Of a DNA stretch of 64,000 nucleotides, positions 37,701 to 64,000 are shown piece by piece (position 1 is the stretch's first letter; each line of letters begins with the position of its first letter). Source of the stretch: Tubiluchus corallicola. Lineage: Eukaryota > Animalia > Priapulida. The translations under genes were made by a program, and so were the position numbers. The notes beneath the pieces were generated by a model. That model did not search any database. It was not told the origin of the DNA and saw nothing but the letters and a program-made list of their open reading frames with translations. Location of the stretch: the NCBI GenBank assembly GCA_030141605.1, contig JAQGDQ010001026.1, positions 1 to 64,000 on the forward strand, written 5' to 3'.

Positions 37701-40700
37701 GGGATAGGAAGAAGGAAGGGAGGGAAGGATGAGTGAATGAAAGAATGGTTAGGGTTAGTAGACATGATGGAATGGAAAAAAATAGTAAGATTAGGGATAG
37801 GAAGAAGGAAGGGAGGGAAGGATGAGTGAATGAAAGAATGGTTAGGGTTAGTAGACATGATGGATTGGAAAAAAATAGTAAGATTAGGGATAGGAAGAAG
37901 GAAAAGAGGAGAAGAAACGACCACAGTGTATGTTTAATTTACATAGAGGTATATTAAAATAGCATTATAATTGATTGGAGGCCACATATTGCGACTGCAT
38001 GACTGTATTACCATAAACATTTTATTACCTGATTTAAATCTTCAGCCAGCACAAACTGATAAATAATTGTGTCATTCATTATTTAGTGTTAGTGTCACAG
38101 TGTATGGTAATAATTGTGTCATTCATTATTTAGTGTTAGCGTCACAGTGTATGGTAATAATTGTGTCATTCATTATTTAGTGTTAGTGTCACAGTGTATG
38201 GTAATAATTGTGTCATTCATTATTTAGTGTTAGCGTCACAGTGTATGGTAATAATTGTGTCATTCATTATTTAGTGTTAGTGTCACAGTGTATGGTAATA
38301 ATTGTGTCATTCATTATTTAGTGTTAGCGTCACAGTGTATGGTAATAATTGTGTCATTCATTATTTAGTGTTAGTGTCACAGTGTATGGTAATAATTGTG
38401 TCATTCATTATTTAGTGTTAGCGTCACAGTGTATGGTAATAATTGTGTCATTCATTATTTAGTGTTAGTGTCACAGTGTATGGTAATAATTGTGTCATTC
38501 ATTATTTAGTGTTAGTGTCACAGTGTATGGTAATAATTGTGTCATTCATTATTTAGTGTTAGTGTCACAGTGTATGGTAATAATTGTGTCATTCATTATT
38601 TAGTGTTAGTGTCACAGTGTATGGTAATAATTGTGTCATTCATTATTTAGTGTTAGTGTCACAGTGTATGGTAATAATTGTGTCATTCATTATTTAGTGT
38701 TAGTGTCACAGTGTATGGTAATAATTGTGTCATTCATTATTTAGTGTTAGTGTCACAGTGTATGGTAATAATTGTGTCGTTCATTATTTAGTGTTAGTGT
38801 CACAGTGTATGGTGTTTATCTTTTAGTCCCCGTTCAGTACCGCTGTATGAGCTGCATGGTGGGACATACGATGGTTTGGTGCGTCTCCTCAAACCAGGTT
38901 GCAGGACTTTGGTTATAATGATCGACGAAAGTTGCAAGCAGAAGCTTCTTGAAAAATTTGCTTCAGTTGTGTATCCTTATAGAGGGTAAGCAGTGTTAAT
39001 CGGCAGTCATATAGTGTGGGTTTTCCCCTCCTTATGCGGGACCCAAATTAGCCGCAGCCTGTAGAAAAACCGTGCTCATTTGTCGTACTTAATCATACCG
39101 CAGCATCCAAATTAACCGCAGCCTGAAGAAAAACCGTGCTCATTTGTCGTACTTGATCATACCGCAGCATCCAAATTAGCCGCAGCCTGAAGAAAAACCG
39201 TGCTCATTTGTCGTACTTGATCATACCGCAGCATCCAAATTAGCTGCAGCCCGAAGAAAAACCGTGCTCATTTGTCGTACTTGATCGTACCGTAGCATCC
39301 AAATTAGCCGCAGCCTGAAGAAAAACCGTGCTCATTTGTCGTACTTGATCATACCGCAGCATCCAAATTTGCCGCAGCCTGAAGAAAAACCGTGCTCATT
39401 TGTCGTACTTGATCGTACCGCAGCATCCAAATTAGCCGCAGCCTGAAGAAAAACCGTGCTCATTTGTCGTACTTGATCATACCTCAGCATCCAAATTAGC
39501 CGCAGCCTGAAGAAAAACCATGCTCATTCGTCGTACTTGATCATACCGCAGCATCCAAATTAGCCGCAGCCTGAAGAAAAACCGTGCTCATTTGTCGTAC
39601 TTAATCATACCGCAGCATCCAAATTAGCCGCAGCCTGAAGAAAAACCGTGCTCATTTGTCGTACTTAATCATAGTGCAGCATCCAAATTAGCCGCAGCCT
39701 GAAGAAAAACCGTGCTCATTTGTCGTACTTGATCATACCGCAGCATCCAAATTAGCCGCAGCCTGAAGAAAAACCGTGCTCATTTGTCGTACTTGATCAT
39801 ACCGCAGCATCCAAATTAGCCGCAGCCTGAAGAAAAACCGTGCTCATTTGTCGTACTTGATCATACCGCAGCATCCAAATTAGCCGCAGCCTGAAGAAAA
39901 ACCGTGCTCATTTGTCGTACTTGATCATACCGTAGCATCCAAATTAGCCGCAGCCCGAAGAAAAACCGTGCTCATTTGTGGTACTTAATCATAGTGCAGC
40001 ATCCAAATTAGCCGCAGCCTGAAGAAAAACCGTGCTCATTTGTCATACTTAATCATACCGCAGCATCCAAATTAGCCGCAGCCTGAAGAAAAACCGTGCT
40101 CATTTGTCGTACTTAATCATACCGCAGCATCCAAATTAGCCACAGCCTGAAGAAAAACCGTGCTCATTTGTCGTACTTGATCATACCGCAGCATCCAAAT
40201 TAGCCGCAGCCTGAAGAAAAACCGTGCTCATTTGTCGTACTTAATCATACCGCAGCATCCAAATTAGCCGCAGCCTGAAGAAAAACCGTGCTCATTTGTC
40301 TTACTTGATCATACCGCAGCATCCAAATTAGCTGCAGCCTGAAGAAAAACCGTGCTCATTTGTGGTACTTAATCATGCCGCAGCATCCAAATTAGCCGCA
40401 GCCTGAAGAAAAACCGTGCTCATTTGTCGTACTTAGTCATACCGCAGCAATTACTTAATTACTTAATTACTGGTACAGATTATGCAAAACAAGGCATCTT
40501 TGATAAATCTTTAGAGCTGATGTCAACATAGCACAATCCATTACCTTCCTTCCTATCATTTCCACCAACACATCCTTCTACCCTTCCTGTGTGATCTAAC
40601 CTTTCTCCCAGTTCTTTTTTTTTGTTCACTCATCCATTCTTTTTTTATCGGGTTCACATGACAGTGGGCTTATACAAGCCTTTGCTTCTCTAGCCCACTG

Positions 40701-41497
40701 CAGTACAATTATTCTTTTATGATAACGATAGTGTATGAAACATAACAATTTAATACAGTAGATGTAATAATTTTGATGTCACTGTGTGCTTAATGTCATT
40801 ATATTGTACTGAATGTGATAATAATAATAAATAATAAAAAAATAATTCTAAAGACTTGTGCAAACATTTCGTTTGGTTAGCCGAATTACCCAGGTGCCCC
40901 AGCATTTGCCACAAGGTCTAAATTATGTTTACTTTCAATTACTGTAGTGATGTGGCTTCACAAATTTTTTTAATTACAACTACATCAGGTCAAACTGTAG
41001 TTTTAGACATTTTAGCCATTTCTTTGTGTAAATAATCAGAAGTTGATGTTTTTTTTTGTTCTTAGAAATAAAAGTCTAGCATTTGCATTTCTGCACCTTG
41101 AGAAGCACGTAAAGTGGTATAGGAGGTTACTATTGCTTACGCTTGGGGCTCTTAGTCAAAATAGGGAATTGAACATCAACCCGAAAAACTGTGTTGGGAC
41201 AGTATTAGCGCTCAACGGACATCGCAAGTACTACTGCATTTATCATGCGAAGCATCCAGGTATGTTATTTGTTTGGAGAGTTGTATAGGATAGTTGCTAT
41301 ACAGTGTAGTGTAGTTGAGTATGTGTGTGTGTGTGTGTGCGTGCGTGCGTGTGTGTGTGAATGCTATATATGCTATGTCATCATAATTGTGTGTGTGTGT
41401 GTGTGAATGCTATATATGCTATGTCATCATAATTGTGTGTGTGTGTGTGTGCATGCGTGTGCGTGCGTGTGTGTATGCTATATATGCTGTCATCATA

Positions 41498-41531
<34 letters not shown>

Positions 41532-44500
41532 AGTATGTATATATGTATATGTGTGTTTGTGTATATATATAATGTATATGTATATAGGTGTGTATGTATG
41601 TGAATATATATGTGTGTAGTGTATATGAGTGTATATTGCATGTACATATACTCATACATACACACAGACATATACATACACATATATATACTATATACAC
41701 ATTGCATATATGTGTGTGTGTGTGTATGCATGCATGCGTGCGTATGTGCGTGTATATGTGTCTGTGTGTATGTATTATGTATATGTGTGTGTGTATATAG
41801 TGTATATGCGTGTATGATGTATATGTGTCTGTGTGTATGTATTATGTATATGTGTGTGGATAGTATATATAGTGTATAGTATAGTGTATATGAGTGTATA
41901 GTGCATGTACATATACTTATACGTACACACAGACACATACATATACACACATATATACAGTATATACACGGTGTATATGTGTGTGTGTGTGTGTGCGTGC
42001 GTATGTGCGTGTATATGTGTCTGTGTGTATGTATTATGTATATGTGTGTGTATGTATTGTGTATAGTCTAGTGTAGTTGCTCAGTATTAATATTTTTTTG
42101 TAACCTATACAGTGTGGAAGGCATTCCAGTCAGCATATATTGACAAATATTCTTGTTTTTCGCTTTTGTCTAAGCACTTCACAAAGTGTGGTGCTGCTGC
42201 GTGACAGCTGAATTTGGTGTCTTTCCATCGGTAATCTTTTCGTTGGCGGAATGTTTATATATATTAGCTGTTACTACAGGTAAACAAGTAAAGCATAGCA
42301 CATAAATATTGAGCAACATTTGCATCTTTGCTCATTATTTATTATCAGTAAACTGATGAGTCAATTTAGTTGCAGTTTTTGTTGCAGTTTTGCTACTTGC
42401 AAACATTAGTCTCTTGCTCAATGAGTTCGTTGATTTCTTCGTGTCAATGAGTTCGTTGATTCCTTCGTGTCAATGAGTTTGTTGATTCCTTCGTGTCAAT
42501 GAGTTCGTTGATTCCTTCGTGTCAATGAGTTCGTTAATTCCTTCGTGTCAATGAGTCCGTTAATTCCTTCGTGTCAATGAGTCCGTTAATTCCTTCGTGT
42601 CAATGAGTTCGTTAATTCCTTTGTGTCAATGAGTTCGTTAATTCCTTCGTGTCAATGAGTTCGTTAATTCCTTCGTGTCAATGAGTTCGTTGATTTCTTC
42701 GTGTCAATGAGTTCGTTGATTTTTTCGTGTCAATGAGTTCGTTGATTCCTTCGTGTCAATGAGTTTGCTAATTCCTTCGTGTCAATGAGTTCATTAATTC
42801 CTTCGTGTCAATGAGTTTGCTAATTCCTTCGTGTCAATGAGTTCATTAATTCCTTCGTGTCAATGAGTTTGTTGATTCCTTCATGTCAATGAGTTTGTTG
42901 ATTCCTTCGTTGATTTCTTCGTGTCAATGAGTTCGTTGATTTCTTCGTGTCAATGAGTTCGTTGATTCCTTCGTGTCAATGAGTTCGTTGATTCCTTCGT
43001 GTCAATGAGTTCGTTGATTCCTTCGTGTCAATGAGTTCGTTGATTTCTTCGTGTCAGTGAGTTCGTTGATTCCTTCGTGTCAATGAGTTCGTTAATTCCT
43101 TCGTGTCAATGAGTTCGTTGATTTCTTCGTGTCATTGAGTTCGTTGATTCCTTCGTGTCAATGAGTTCGTTGATTCCTTCGTGTCAATGAGTTCGTTGAT
43201 TCCTTCGTGTCAATGAGTTCGTTGATTCCTTCGTGTCAATGAGTTCGTTGATTCCTTCGTGTCAATGAGTTTGTTGATTTCTTCGTGTCAATGAGTTCGT
43301 TGATTCCTTCATGTCAATGAGTTCGTTGATTTCTTCGTGTCAATGAGTTCGTTGATTTCTTCGTGTCATCCTTCGTGTCAATGAGTTCGTTGATTTCTTC
43401 GTGTCAATGAGTTCGTTGATTCCTTCGTGTCAATGAGTTCGTTGATTTCTTCGTGTCATTGAGTTCGTTGATTCCTTCGTGTCAATGAGTTCGTTGATTT
43501 CTTCGTGTCAATGAGTTCGTTGATTTCTTTGTGTCAATGAGTTCGTTGATTTCTTCGTGTCAATGAGTTCGTTGATTTCTTTGTGTCAATGAGTTCGTTG
43601 ATTCCTTCGTGTCAATGAGTTCGTTGATTTCTTCGTGTCATTGAGTTCGTTAATTCCTTCGTGTCAATGAGTTCGTTGATTCCTTCGTGTCAATGAGTTC
43701 GTTGATTCCTTCGTGTCAATGAGTTCGTTAATTCCTTCGTGTCAATGAGTTCGTTGATTCCTTCGTGTGAATGAGTTCGTTGATTCCTTCGTGTGAATGA
43801 GTTCGTTAATTCCTTCGTGTGAATGAGTTCGTTAATTCCTTCGTGTCAATGAGTTCGTCGATTCGTTCGTGTCAATGAGTTCATTAATTCCTTCGTGTCA
43901 ATGAGTTCATTAATTCCTTTGTGTTAATGAGTTCGTTGATTCCTTCGTGTCAATGAGTTCGTTGATTCCTTCGTGACAATGAGTTCGTTGATTCCTTCGT
44001 GTCAATGAGTTCGTTGATTCCTTCGTGTCAATGAGTTCGTTGATTTCTTCGTGTCAATGAGTTCGTTGATTTCTTCGTGTCAATGAGTTCGTTGATTTCT
44101 TCGTGTCATCCTTCGTGTCAGTGAGTTCGTTGATTCCTTCGTGTCAATGAGTTCGTTGATTTCTTCGTGTCATTGAGTTCGTTGATTCCTTCGTGTCAAT
44201 GAGTTCGTTGATTTCTTCGTGTCAATGAGTTCGTTGATTTCTTCGTGTCAATGAGTTCGTTGATTCCTTCGTGTCAATGAGTTCGTTGATTTCTTCGTGT
44301 CATTGAGTTCGTTAATTCCTTCGTGTCAATGAGTTCGTTGATTCCTTCGTGTCAATGAGTTCGTTGATTCCTTCGTGTCAATGATTTCGTTAATTCCTTC
44401 GTGTCAATGAGTTCGTTGATTCCTTCGTGTGAATGAGTTCGTTGATTCCTTCGTGTGAATGAGTTCGTTAATTCCTTCGTGTCAATGAGTTCGTCGATTC

Positions 44501-44913
44501 GTTCGTGTCAATGAGTTCATTAATTCCTTCGTGTCAATGAGTTCGTTAATTCCTTCGTGTCAATGAGTTCGTTGATTCCTTTGTGTCAATGAGTTCGTTG
44601 ATTCCTTCATGTCAATGAGTTCGTTGATTTCTTCGTGTGTTACTAAAAGCGTTTTGTCTTCTGTGCAGGTATAAAGAAAACAAAAGCAAAATGGAAGTCC
44701 GAATCCACAAAACAGACGGACTTGGAGGCAGTGACCGCAAAGTTTATCGGCTTTGATGAGACGTCGTCTGAAGAGAGCAGCGACTACGAGGGTATTCCGG
44801 GAGAAAAGTTATTCGTGGACGACCTGACGGCCGGGCTGCCCAACTGGCTGGATCGTCTTTTTGAAGGTTCCGTTCAGCGCTATCCACTGGATTATTGGCC
44901 AAAAATGGAGTAA
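23243..44913 (+). CDS. DNAJC16: DnaJ homolog subfamily C member 16 (signal peptide, J domain, thioredoxin, TM helix)
   Basis: Exons 23243-23394, 24245-24311, 27128-27336, 28162-28295, 29671-30490, 31708-31850, 34149-34296, 36087-36164, 38827-38985, 41066-41259, 44669-44913; all phases close. Motifs [44 protein letters not shown] segment, [25 protein letters not shown]. Confidence 0.95.
23490..24140 (-). mobile_element. Degenerate CR1-clade LINE RT remnant
   Basis: Minus-strand remnants of D.IYSDFAK (about 23970-23997) and [14 protein letters not shown] (about 23778-23828), with stops and frameshifts. Confidence 0.65.
24373..24724. mobile_element. Tc1/mariner-superfamily (pogo/Tc2-like) MITE
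   Basis: Perfect TIR ccgtatttattcgagtataacgcgca with TA TSD. Confidence 0.93.
25057..25590 (-). mobile_element. 3' end of an RTE-like LINE (RT C-terminal region)
   Basis: [29 protein letters not shown]...ILGIRWP..ISNKDLY...[10 protein letters not shown] followed by a short (atg)n tail. Confidence 0.8.
26021..26420. repeat. Two (CT)n microsatellites
   Basis: 26021-26088 and about 26270-26420. Confidence 0.95.
28580..28728. repeat. (CA)n/(CACG)n microsatellite
   Basis: Direct reading. Confidence 0.95.
29263..29502. repeat. Local tandem duplication of about 95 bp, about 2.5 units
   Basis: cagtccaatggacgtccatctt...ttgataaatggatggaattgctt occurs three times. Confidence 0.9.
30589..31100 (-). 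mobile_element. LINE (L2/CR1 group) 3' end with stem-loop and (TTGAA)n tail, copy 1
   Basis: Minus-strand aataaa plus (ttgaa)n tail; hairpin ggggtggc...gccacccc; near-identical to 36336-36828. Confidence 0.7.
31173..31604. mobile_element. hAT/Buster MITE, copy 3, followed by a fragment of the cagggatgagaat MITE (31605-31680)
   Basis: TIR taggggtgtgcaaa / tttgcacacccctg; body homologous to 18847-19345; no matching TSD. Confidence 0.85.
31931..33215. repeat. 133-bp satellite, at least about 9.5 units, truncated by N gap
   Basis: Period 133, also visible in the ORF track spacing 32047/32180/32313/32446. Confidence 0.95.
33216..33510. other. Assembly gap (N run)
   Basis: 295 N. Confidence 1.
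34345..35247 (+). mobile_element. TTAA-flanked DNA element(s): full copy at 34711-35247 preceded by a second related 5' end at 34345
   Basis: ttaa|aggacaagaaaaggggcacctgaagtaggtttcagaaaaat at 34345 and 34711; 3' end ttttcttgggct|ttag. Confidence 0.72.
35486..35856 (+). mobile_element. Solo LTR, copy 2
   Basis: TGTTGTG...CACAACA; perfect 5-bp TSD tgtac. Confidence 0.92.
36336..36828 (-). mobile_element. LINE 3' end family, copy 2 (stem-loop interior deleted)
   Basis: Homologous to 30589-31100; hairpin collapsed to ggggtggccacccc. Confidence 0.7.
36987..38002 (-). mobile_element. Retroposon 3' end with (TTGA)n tail and internal 93-bp array (about 8 units), copy 1
   Basis: Minus-strand aataaa plus (ttga)n; hairpin cacctt...aaggtg; array 37173-37915; homologous to 60560-61537. 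Confidence 0.75.
38063..38813. repeat. 47-bp minisatellite, about 16 units
   Basis: Unit taataattgtgtcattcattatttagtgttagtgtcacagtgtatgg; ends about 13 nt before DNAJC16 exon 9. Confidence 0.97.
39043..40449. repeat. 64-bp minisatellite, about 22 units
   Basis: Unit ccaaattagccgcagcctgaagaaaaaccgtgctcatttgtcgtacttgatcataccgcagcat. Confidence 0.97.
40450..40845 (+). mobile_element. LINE (L2-like) 3' end remnant
   Basis: Hairpin cagtgggct...agcccactg at 40662-40700 followed by an (aat)n tail. Confidence 0.45.
41320..42062. repeat. TG/TA-rich complex microsatellite with internal duplications
   Basis: Direct reading. Confidence 0.95.
42418..44638. repeat. 26-bp minisatellite, about 85 units, with higher-order duplication
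   Basis: Unit tcaatgagttcgttgattccttcgtg; ends about 30 nt before the last DNAJC16 exon. Confidence 0.97.
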
Positions 44914-45052
44914 ACCAAAGAAACCCTGTATATTACTATAATGGTCTAGCAAAAGAAGCAACTAAGTGGTTTAGAGAAGGCTTGTTTTGTAACGTAGCAA
45001 GATGATTAGATCATTCACAAAGTACTTAATCAAACGTTTCGTGGAATTCATA

Positions 45053-45487
45053 CAGAAATGAGAATTTTCCGCAGATACGTGGAATTTCGAGTTTTTGGAA
45101 GACCAGTAGTGCCATTTTTGTAAATCGCGTAAATTCGTTGAGAAAATTTTTACGGACCCAGTGCATTATTTCATAAGCTGACCGCTAGTTGGCAGGCCGT
45201 CACTTTGTTTACATCACGTACATCATTGTAACCACGTGTGTATATCTATGTATAAAAATGTAGAATCAATTATGCGGAGTTATTTGAGTCAATTGCAGAC
45301 AGTTTTTATATACTTTTGCATAGGAGCGGCCAGTACTTAGGCATTTTTGAGTCAATTAGGTATCATCTATCCTTGATAGTTGAGTATTTTAAATTATGTA
45401 TGAAACAAGGTAACTGTTTCCAAAAATGTGGCCCCCAAACCCTTCGCCTGTTTCACAGTTTTTTGCAATTTGTCATTCTCATCCCCG
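45053..45487. mobile_element. hAT-type MITE (cagggatgagaat family) downstream of the DNAJC16 stop
   Basis: Ends cagaaatgagaat / attctcatccccg; perfect TSD aattcata; inverted homolog of the 3905-6140 flanks. Confidence 0.9.
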
Positions 45488-46764
45488 AATTCATACGATA
45501 ACAAAATAATTGTAAATTTTGTATAGTAGTCAGTAGTTATGTTTAAAATTATGCACAATGTTAAGTTAAAGTTATAATAATCATATCATTACTAAAAATC
45601 ATTTCGATGTCTATTTATGCACTTTTTAGAGTAAAATCCAACAACATTAAACACTTTTAGTTAATGTGTGGTTTAGTTGCGGGTATACTATAGTATGGCA
45701 CTAATATTTATTTTATTGTTAAGTTTTCAGCATGGAACTTCAATTTGTATTGCATATTGCAAGAAGTGTTACAGTGATTTGCACATTTTATGTAAGTTAA
45801 GTGTACATAATTTGCCTAATAAGTACAGAAATTATTCGAGTTTTAAATGTCGTGTCGTTTTAATACACTTTTGTTGTGTATTGTTAATTTTATATAGGGT
45901 TGAAATCACTATAAAATAGTAAATTCTAAAAAAATATTAATACTAGATGCTAATCTAGTAAAAATTTCATTTATTCAATGCAAAAGAAATCATTTGAGTT
46001 GAAAAAGTTCATTCTGCGACGATTTCTGTGTAAAATGCAATTTTTAGTAGATTCTGTATTAATTTTAATTTCATATAAATAAATATAAATGTGACGATTG
46101 CTTCATGTATGTAATCATTTGTATATGTATTTTACCTAAATTGTTGCCCCCCCCCCCGTTTAATAATTATAAGTGTGCAAACAGTTTTAATGTATAGATT
46201 TTGTCTTGCCGTAAAAAAAGCCAAAGTACTGCAGGCATTTGCTTAACGTGTGTACTGGACCGAGTTTATATTTATTGTTAAATTAATGTTAATTATGCTC
46301 ATATATTGTATATCGAATTTCTTCTCCCCAAAAAATCATTTAATTTCAGTATTTGTGTACATAAGTTCATATTTGTATATTATTAAGTGTTGTATTTTAT
46401 TTCAATAGTTTAATTTTTCTCCTTTTGTTCATCTTTGTTTATCTTGGTGTTTTAAAATACATTTCACAATTGTTGTGCTGACAGTGTATAAGAATTGAGA
46501 TGTTTAGTGTTGAGGTTACTGATGCAGATAGTGAAGTGATAGCATTGCAGGTCACTCTGAGTACTCCATGGAGGTTTTACAATGCCAGAATCTGTGCTAT
46601 TCTGTTGTATCCCGCATGTCAAATTTGATGGAAATGTAACTTAAACTGCTTTAACTCATTGCTTATGCCGAGGTTCTGAAATACTACAAGTGTCTTTACT
46701 AAATCCTGCCTACATAGTCCTCATTTATAACGCAAAGTCAGCAGCAGCTTTTACTGAATTAAAG

Positions 46765-47342
46765 TTATAGGCAGAGTATAATGGATGACGTCAGAACAAT
46801 GGCTTTGCGTCAGCAGTTTTCTAAGCGAAAATTGCCGAAAAAAGAACATCTAATTAACTCGTCGGCACTCCTTTTGCTGGACGTGTCCTAAAATCTAGCC
46901 CACATCATCGTGTAGCCCCGTTCTTCCTCTTTCTAAAGAGCTATATATCTCCTTCCGAGAGTCCCACCAGGCGCCGCTAGAACGTTTTTTCCGCAGGCTG
47001 TTTGGTCAAAATTTCAAAAAAAATCGCGAGTTGGGTCCGGGAAAACGCCCATTGCGGGATGCCGTGACCTCCTCGCGAATTCTAAATAGGCCTACTACAC
47101 CCCCCGCTGAACGGGCTATATATCCATGGCCAGCACCACCCTCGGCCCGTTCCCGTTCTTCAGATCTCAGATGTATAACTTTTGCAAAAAATGGCCGAAA
47201 AATGGCCACTTTTGGAGGCTTTTCACCCCATCCCGTTCCTCCCGATTCGAAAAATAAACCCCCGATGACACGACACTAGATCGAGACCTTTCGTAACATA
47301 TTTGGGGTGAAGTTTCACCACATTAGTTATCCAAACTATAAA
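46765..47342. mobile_element. Unclassified GC-rich non-autonomous element (possibly Helentron/HINE-like)
   Basis: GC-rich island bounded by ttatag...ctataa with weak subterminal inverted similarity; single copy in the window. Confidence 0.3.
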
Positions 47343-47543
47343 GTACATTGTCTTGCATGTATGTAATGTAAAAGTAGCTTCTGGTGTTTTTCCGTGTGTT
47401 TTTTCACGTGCAGCTTACAGTGCAAAGTAAAGCAAATGATACGGCCCATTTACATCACCTTACGATCATACATAGCAATAGTACAATAGCGTTCATTGTT
47501 TACCGGATTTACCTAGAGTTCAGGTTCAAGTGGAGATCACAGG

Positions 47544-47936
47544 CAGGGCCTATTTCAGGGGGGAGTGGGGATACTTCCCCGGGGCCTCACTCTCTAGGGG
47601 GGCCTCGCACCAAGGTAACATTTTTTGCTTTATGCGATCTCTCTCTCTCTCCCTCTCTCTCTTTTTTTTTTTTTTTTTCTCTCTCACACTCTCACACTCT
47701 CACACTCTCACACTCTCACACTCTCACACTCTCACACTCTCTCACTCTCTCACTCTCTCACTCTCTCACTCTCTCACTCTCTCACTCTCTCACTCTCTCA
47801 CTCTCTCACTCTCTCACTCTCTCACTCTCTCACTCTCTCACACTCTCACACTCTCACACTCTCACACTCTCTCTCACTCTCTCTCTCACTCTCTCACTCT
47901 CTCACACTCTCACTCTCTCACTCTCTCACTCTCTCA

Positions 47937-48005
<69 letters not shown>

Positions 48006-48280
48006 ACTCTCTCTCTCACTCTCACTCTCACTCTCACTCTCCACTCACCGCACGCACGCCGTTTGACAGTATTGACAAGTATTAAGGACTGGTCTTGAGA
48101 ATAAAGCAGTTTTTCTTTCAATTGTTCTTTCCTTTAACAACTGTATAACTCCATATTTTCTCTTCGAAAATGCTTCTCCGGCGTTCTAGCAGTTGGGCGC
48201 CAACCATGGTGGCACCCCCCCCCAAGGGGGCCTCACATGCCCCACTTCCCCGGGCCTCGCTTAAGCTGAAATAGGCCCTG
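47544..48280. mobile_element. hAT-type MITE carrying a (CTCTCA)n/(CT)n microsatellite
   Basis: Perfect TIR cagggcctatttcag; perfect 8-bp TSD atcacagg. Confidence 0.93.
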
Positions 48281-48671
48281 ATCACAGGTGCTATTCATGA
48301 GAACAAAAATGTACTGTGCTTGTTTGTGGAAGAGTAAAAAGTTCTAGTAATGCATTTAATGTTTCTTGCGTAGCTTGAGGATGTATGAATGGTTGTTTAA
48401 TATCATATTTGATATCGTACTCTGCTTTAATTCTAGTCAAACTTTTGCAATGAATCGTTACTGTTGCTTTACTACTTTCGTGTTTTTAAGAAAATGGTAA
48501 TTTAAAAAGTAATATTTATATGATGTGTGATATATTGACGTATTAATATATTAACGCAACAAACGAAGAGCAAGTATTGTGTAATACACATGGCATACAA
48601 TAAATAAATTACTATTACCAGATTCTTTAGTTTGGCAGACACATTTGAATTATTTACAATATTTTTAACTA

Positions 48672-49154
48672 CAGTCAACCTCGGGTATAAGGTACTCGCT
48701 TATAAGGGACCACCAACACCAGTCCCGATTTTTCGTAACGTTTTTCCTATGTAAAAATCTTCGTATATAAGATACTCGGATATAAGGGACTTTCAGTTAC
48801 AAGGGACGATAACTTCAGGTCCCGCGTAATAGAAACCCAGGTAAATTACCTCGCATATAAGGGCTTCCTATAGTCAAAGTGAAATTGGTAGATTTTTAGC
48901 CTCAATTTTTCGCAAACTCAGCCTTCGAACAGCTCGGTTTCCACGGTCACTTACATCTCGCATCACTGGAGGAGCTTCCTACATGCCGTTTGCACTGAAT
49001 GTGTAGCAATAATCCATAAAAATATGGGTAAAAGTACAGAAAAGTACAGGTCTAGATACACCCTCGGTCTAACTCAACTTCGGCTACAATGGACATCAGA
49101 TATACGGGATGATTTTTCCGGTCCGGAGGTGCCCCTTATATCCGAGGTTGACTG
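48672..49154. mobile_element. pogo/Tigger-type MITE just downstream of the CWF19L2 stop
   Basis: ta|cagtcaacctcgggtataagg ... ccttatatccgaggttgactg|ca. Confidence 0.88.
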
Positions 49155-49236
49155 CATATGTACCGTCCATCATTAACATTAACATTAATCATTAATCATT
49201 ATCATTAACATTAAATCAGCCATTAACAACTTGACG

Positions 49237-64000
<14,764 letters not shown>

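Noticed and set aside
36087-38830. Apparent frameshift between DNAJC16 exons 8 and 9
   Set aside because: A recount shows the phase 2 junction GC|T CCC CGT closes correctly. The ORF-track frame ENGGRQ... is the wrong frame.
39043-40449. CRISPR array or hammerhead-ribozyme satellite (contains CTGAAGA)
   Set aside because: Head-to-tail units have no unique spacers, the context is a eukaryotic intron, and no stem II plus GAAA or closing helices were found. The same lack of spacers applies to the other arrays.

Overview
AT-rich, repeat-dense animal genomic DNA. It is probably from an arthropod, an inference from the DNAJC16 C-terminal motifs. Five host genes could be reconstructed by hand; the four spliced ones have GT-AG introns and consistent phases. 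They are PLRG1 (minus strand, first 4 coding exons, runs off the left edge), MEPCE/Bin3 (plus, head-to-head with PLRG1), an intronless F-box+FBA lectin-type gene (minus), DNAJC16 (plus, 11 coding exons) and CWF19L2 (minus, last 9 coding exons, runs off the right edge). Introns and spacers contain many mobile elements: a nested hAT (SPIN/Buster-like) element, hAT, Tc1/mariner and pogo/Tigger MITEs, TTAA-flanked elements, two solo LTRs, RTE/CR1/L2 remnants and a tRNA-derived MetaSINE-like family. Three copies of a SINE with a 5S rRNA head, target-site duplications (TSDs) and (CAA)n tails are also present. The most unusual signals are three. (i) The 5S-derived SINE family, which has a possible HDV-like fold relic. 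(ii) Locus-specific minisatellites that sit against splice sites or copy them: ten copies of a PLRG1 3' splice site and three copies of a CWF19L2 5' splice site. (iii) 27-bp coding VNTRs in MEPCE (with a frameshift) and CWF19L2. There is an assembly gap at 33216-33510. All family assignments come from motif recognition, not database searches.
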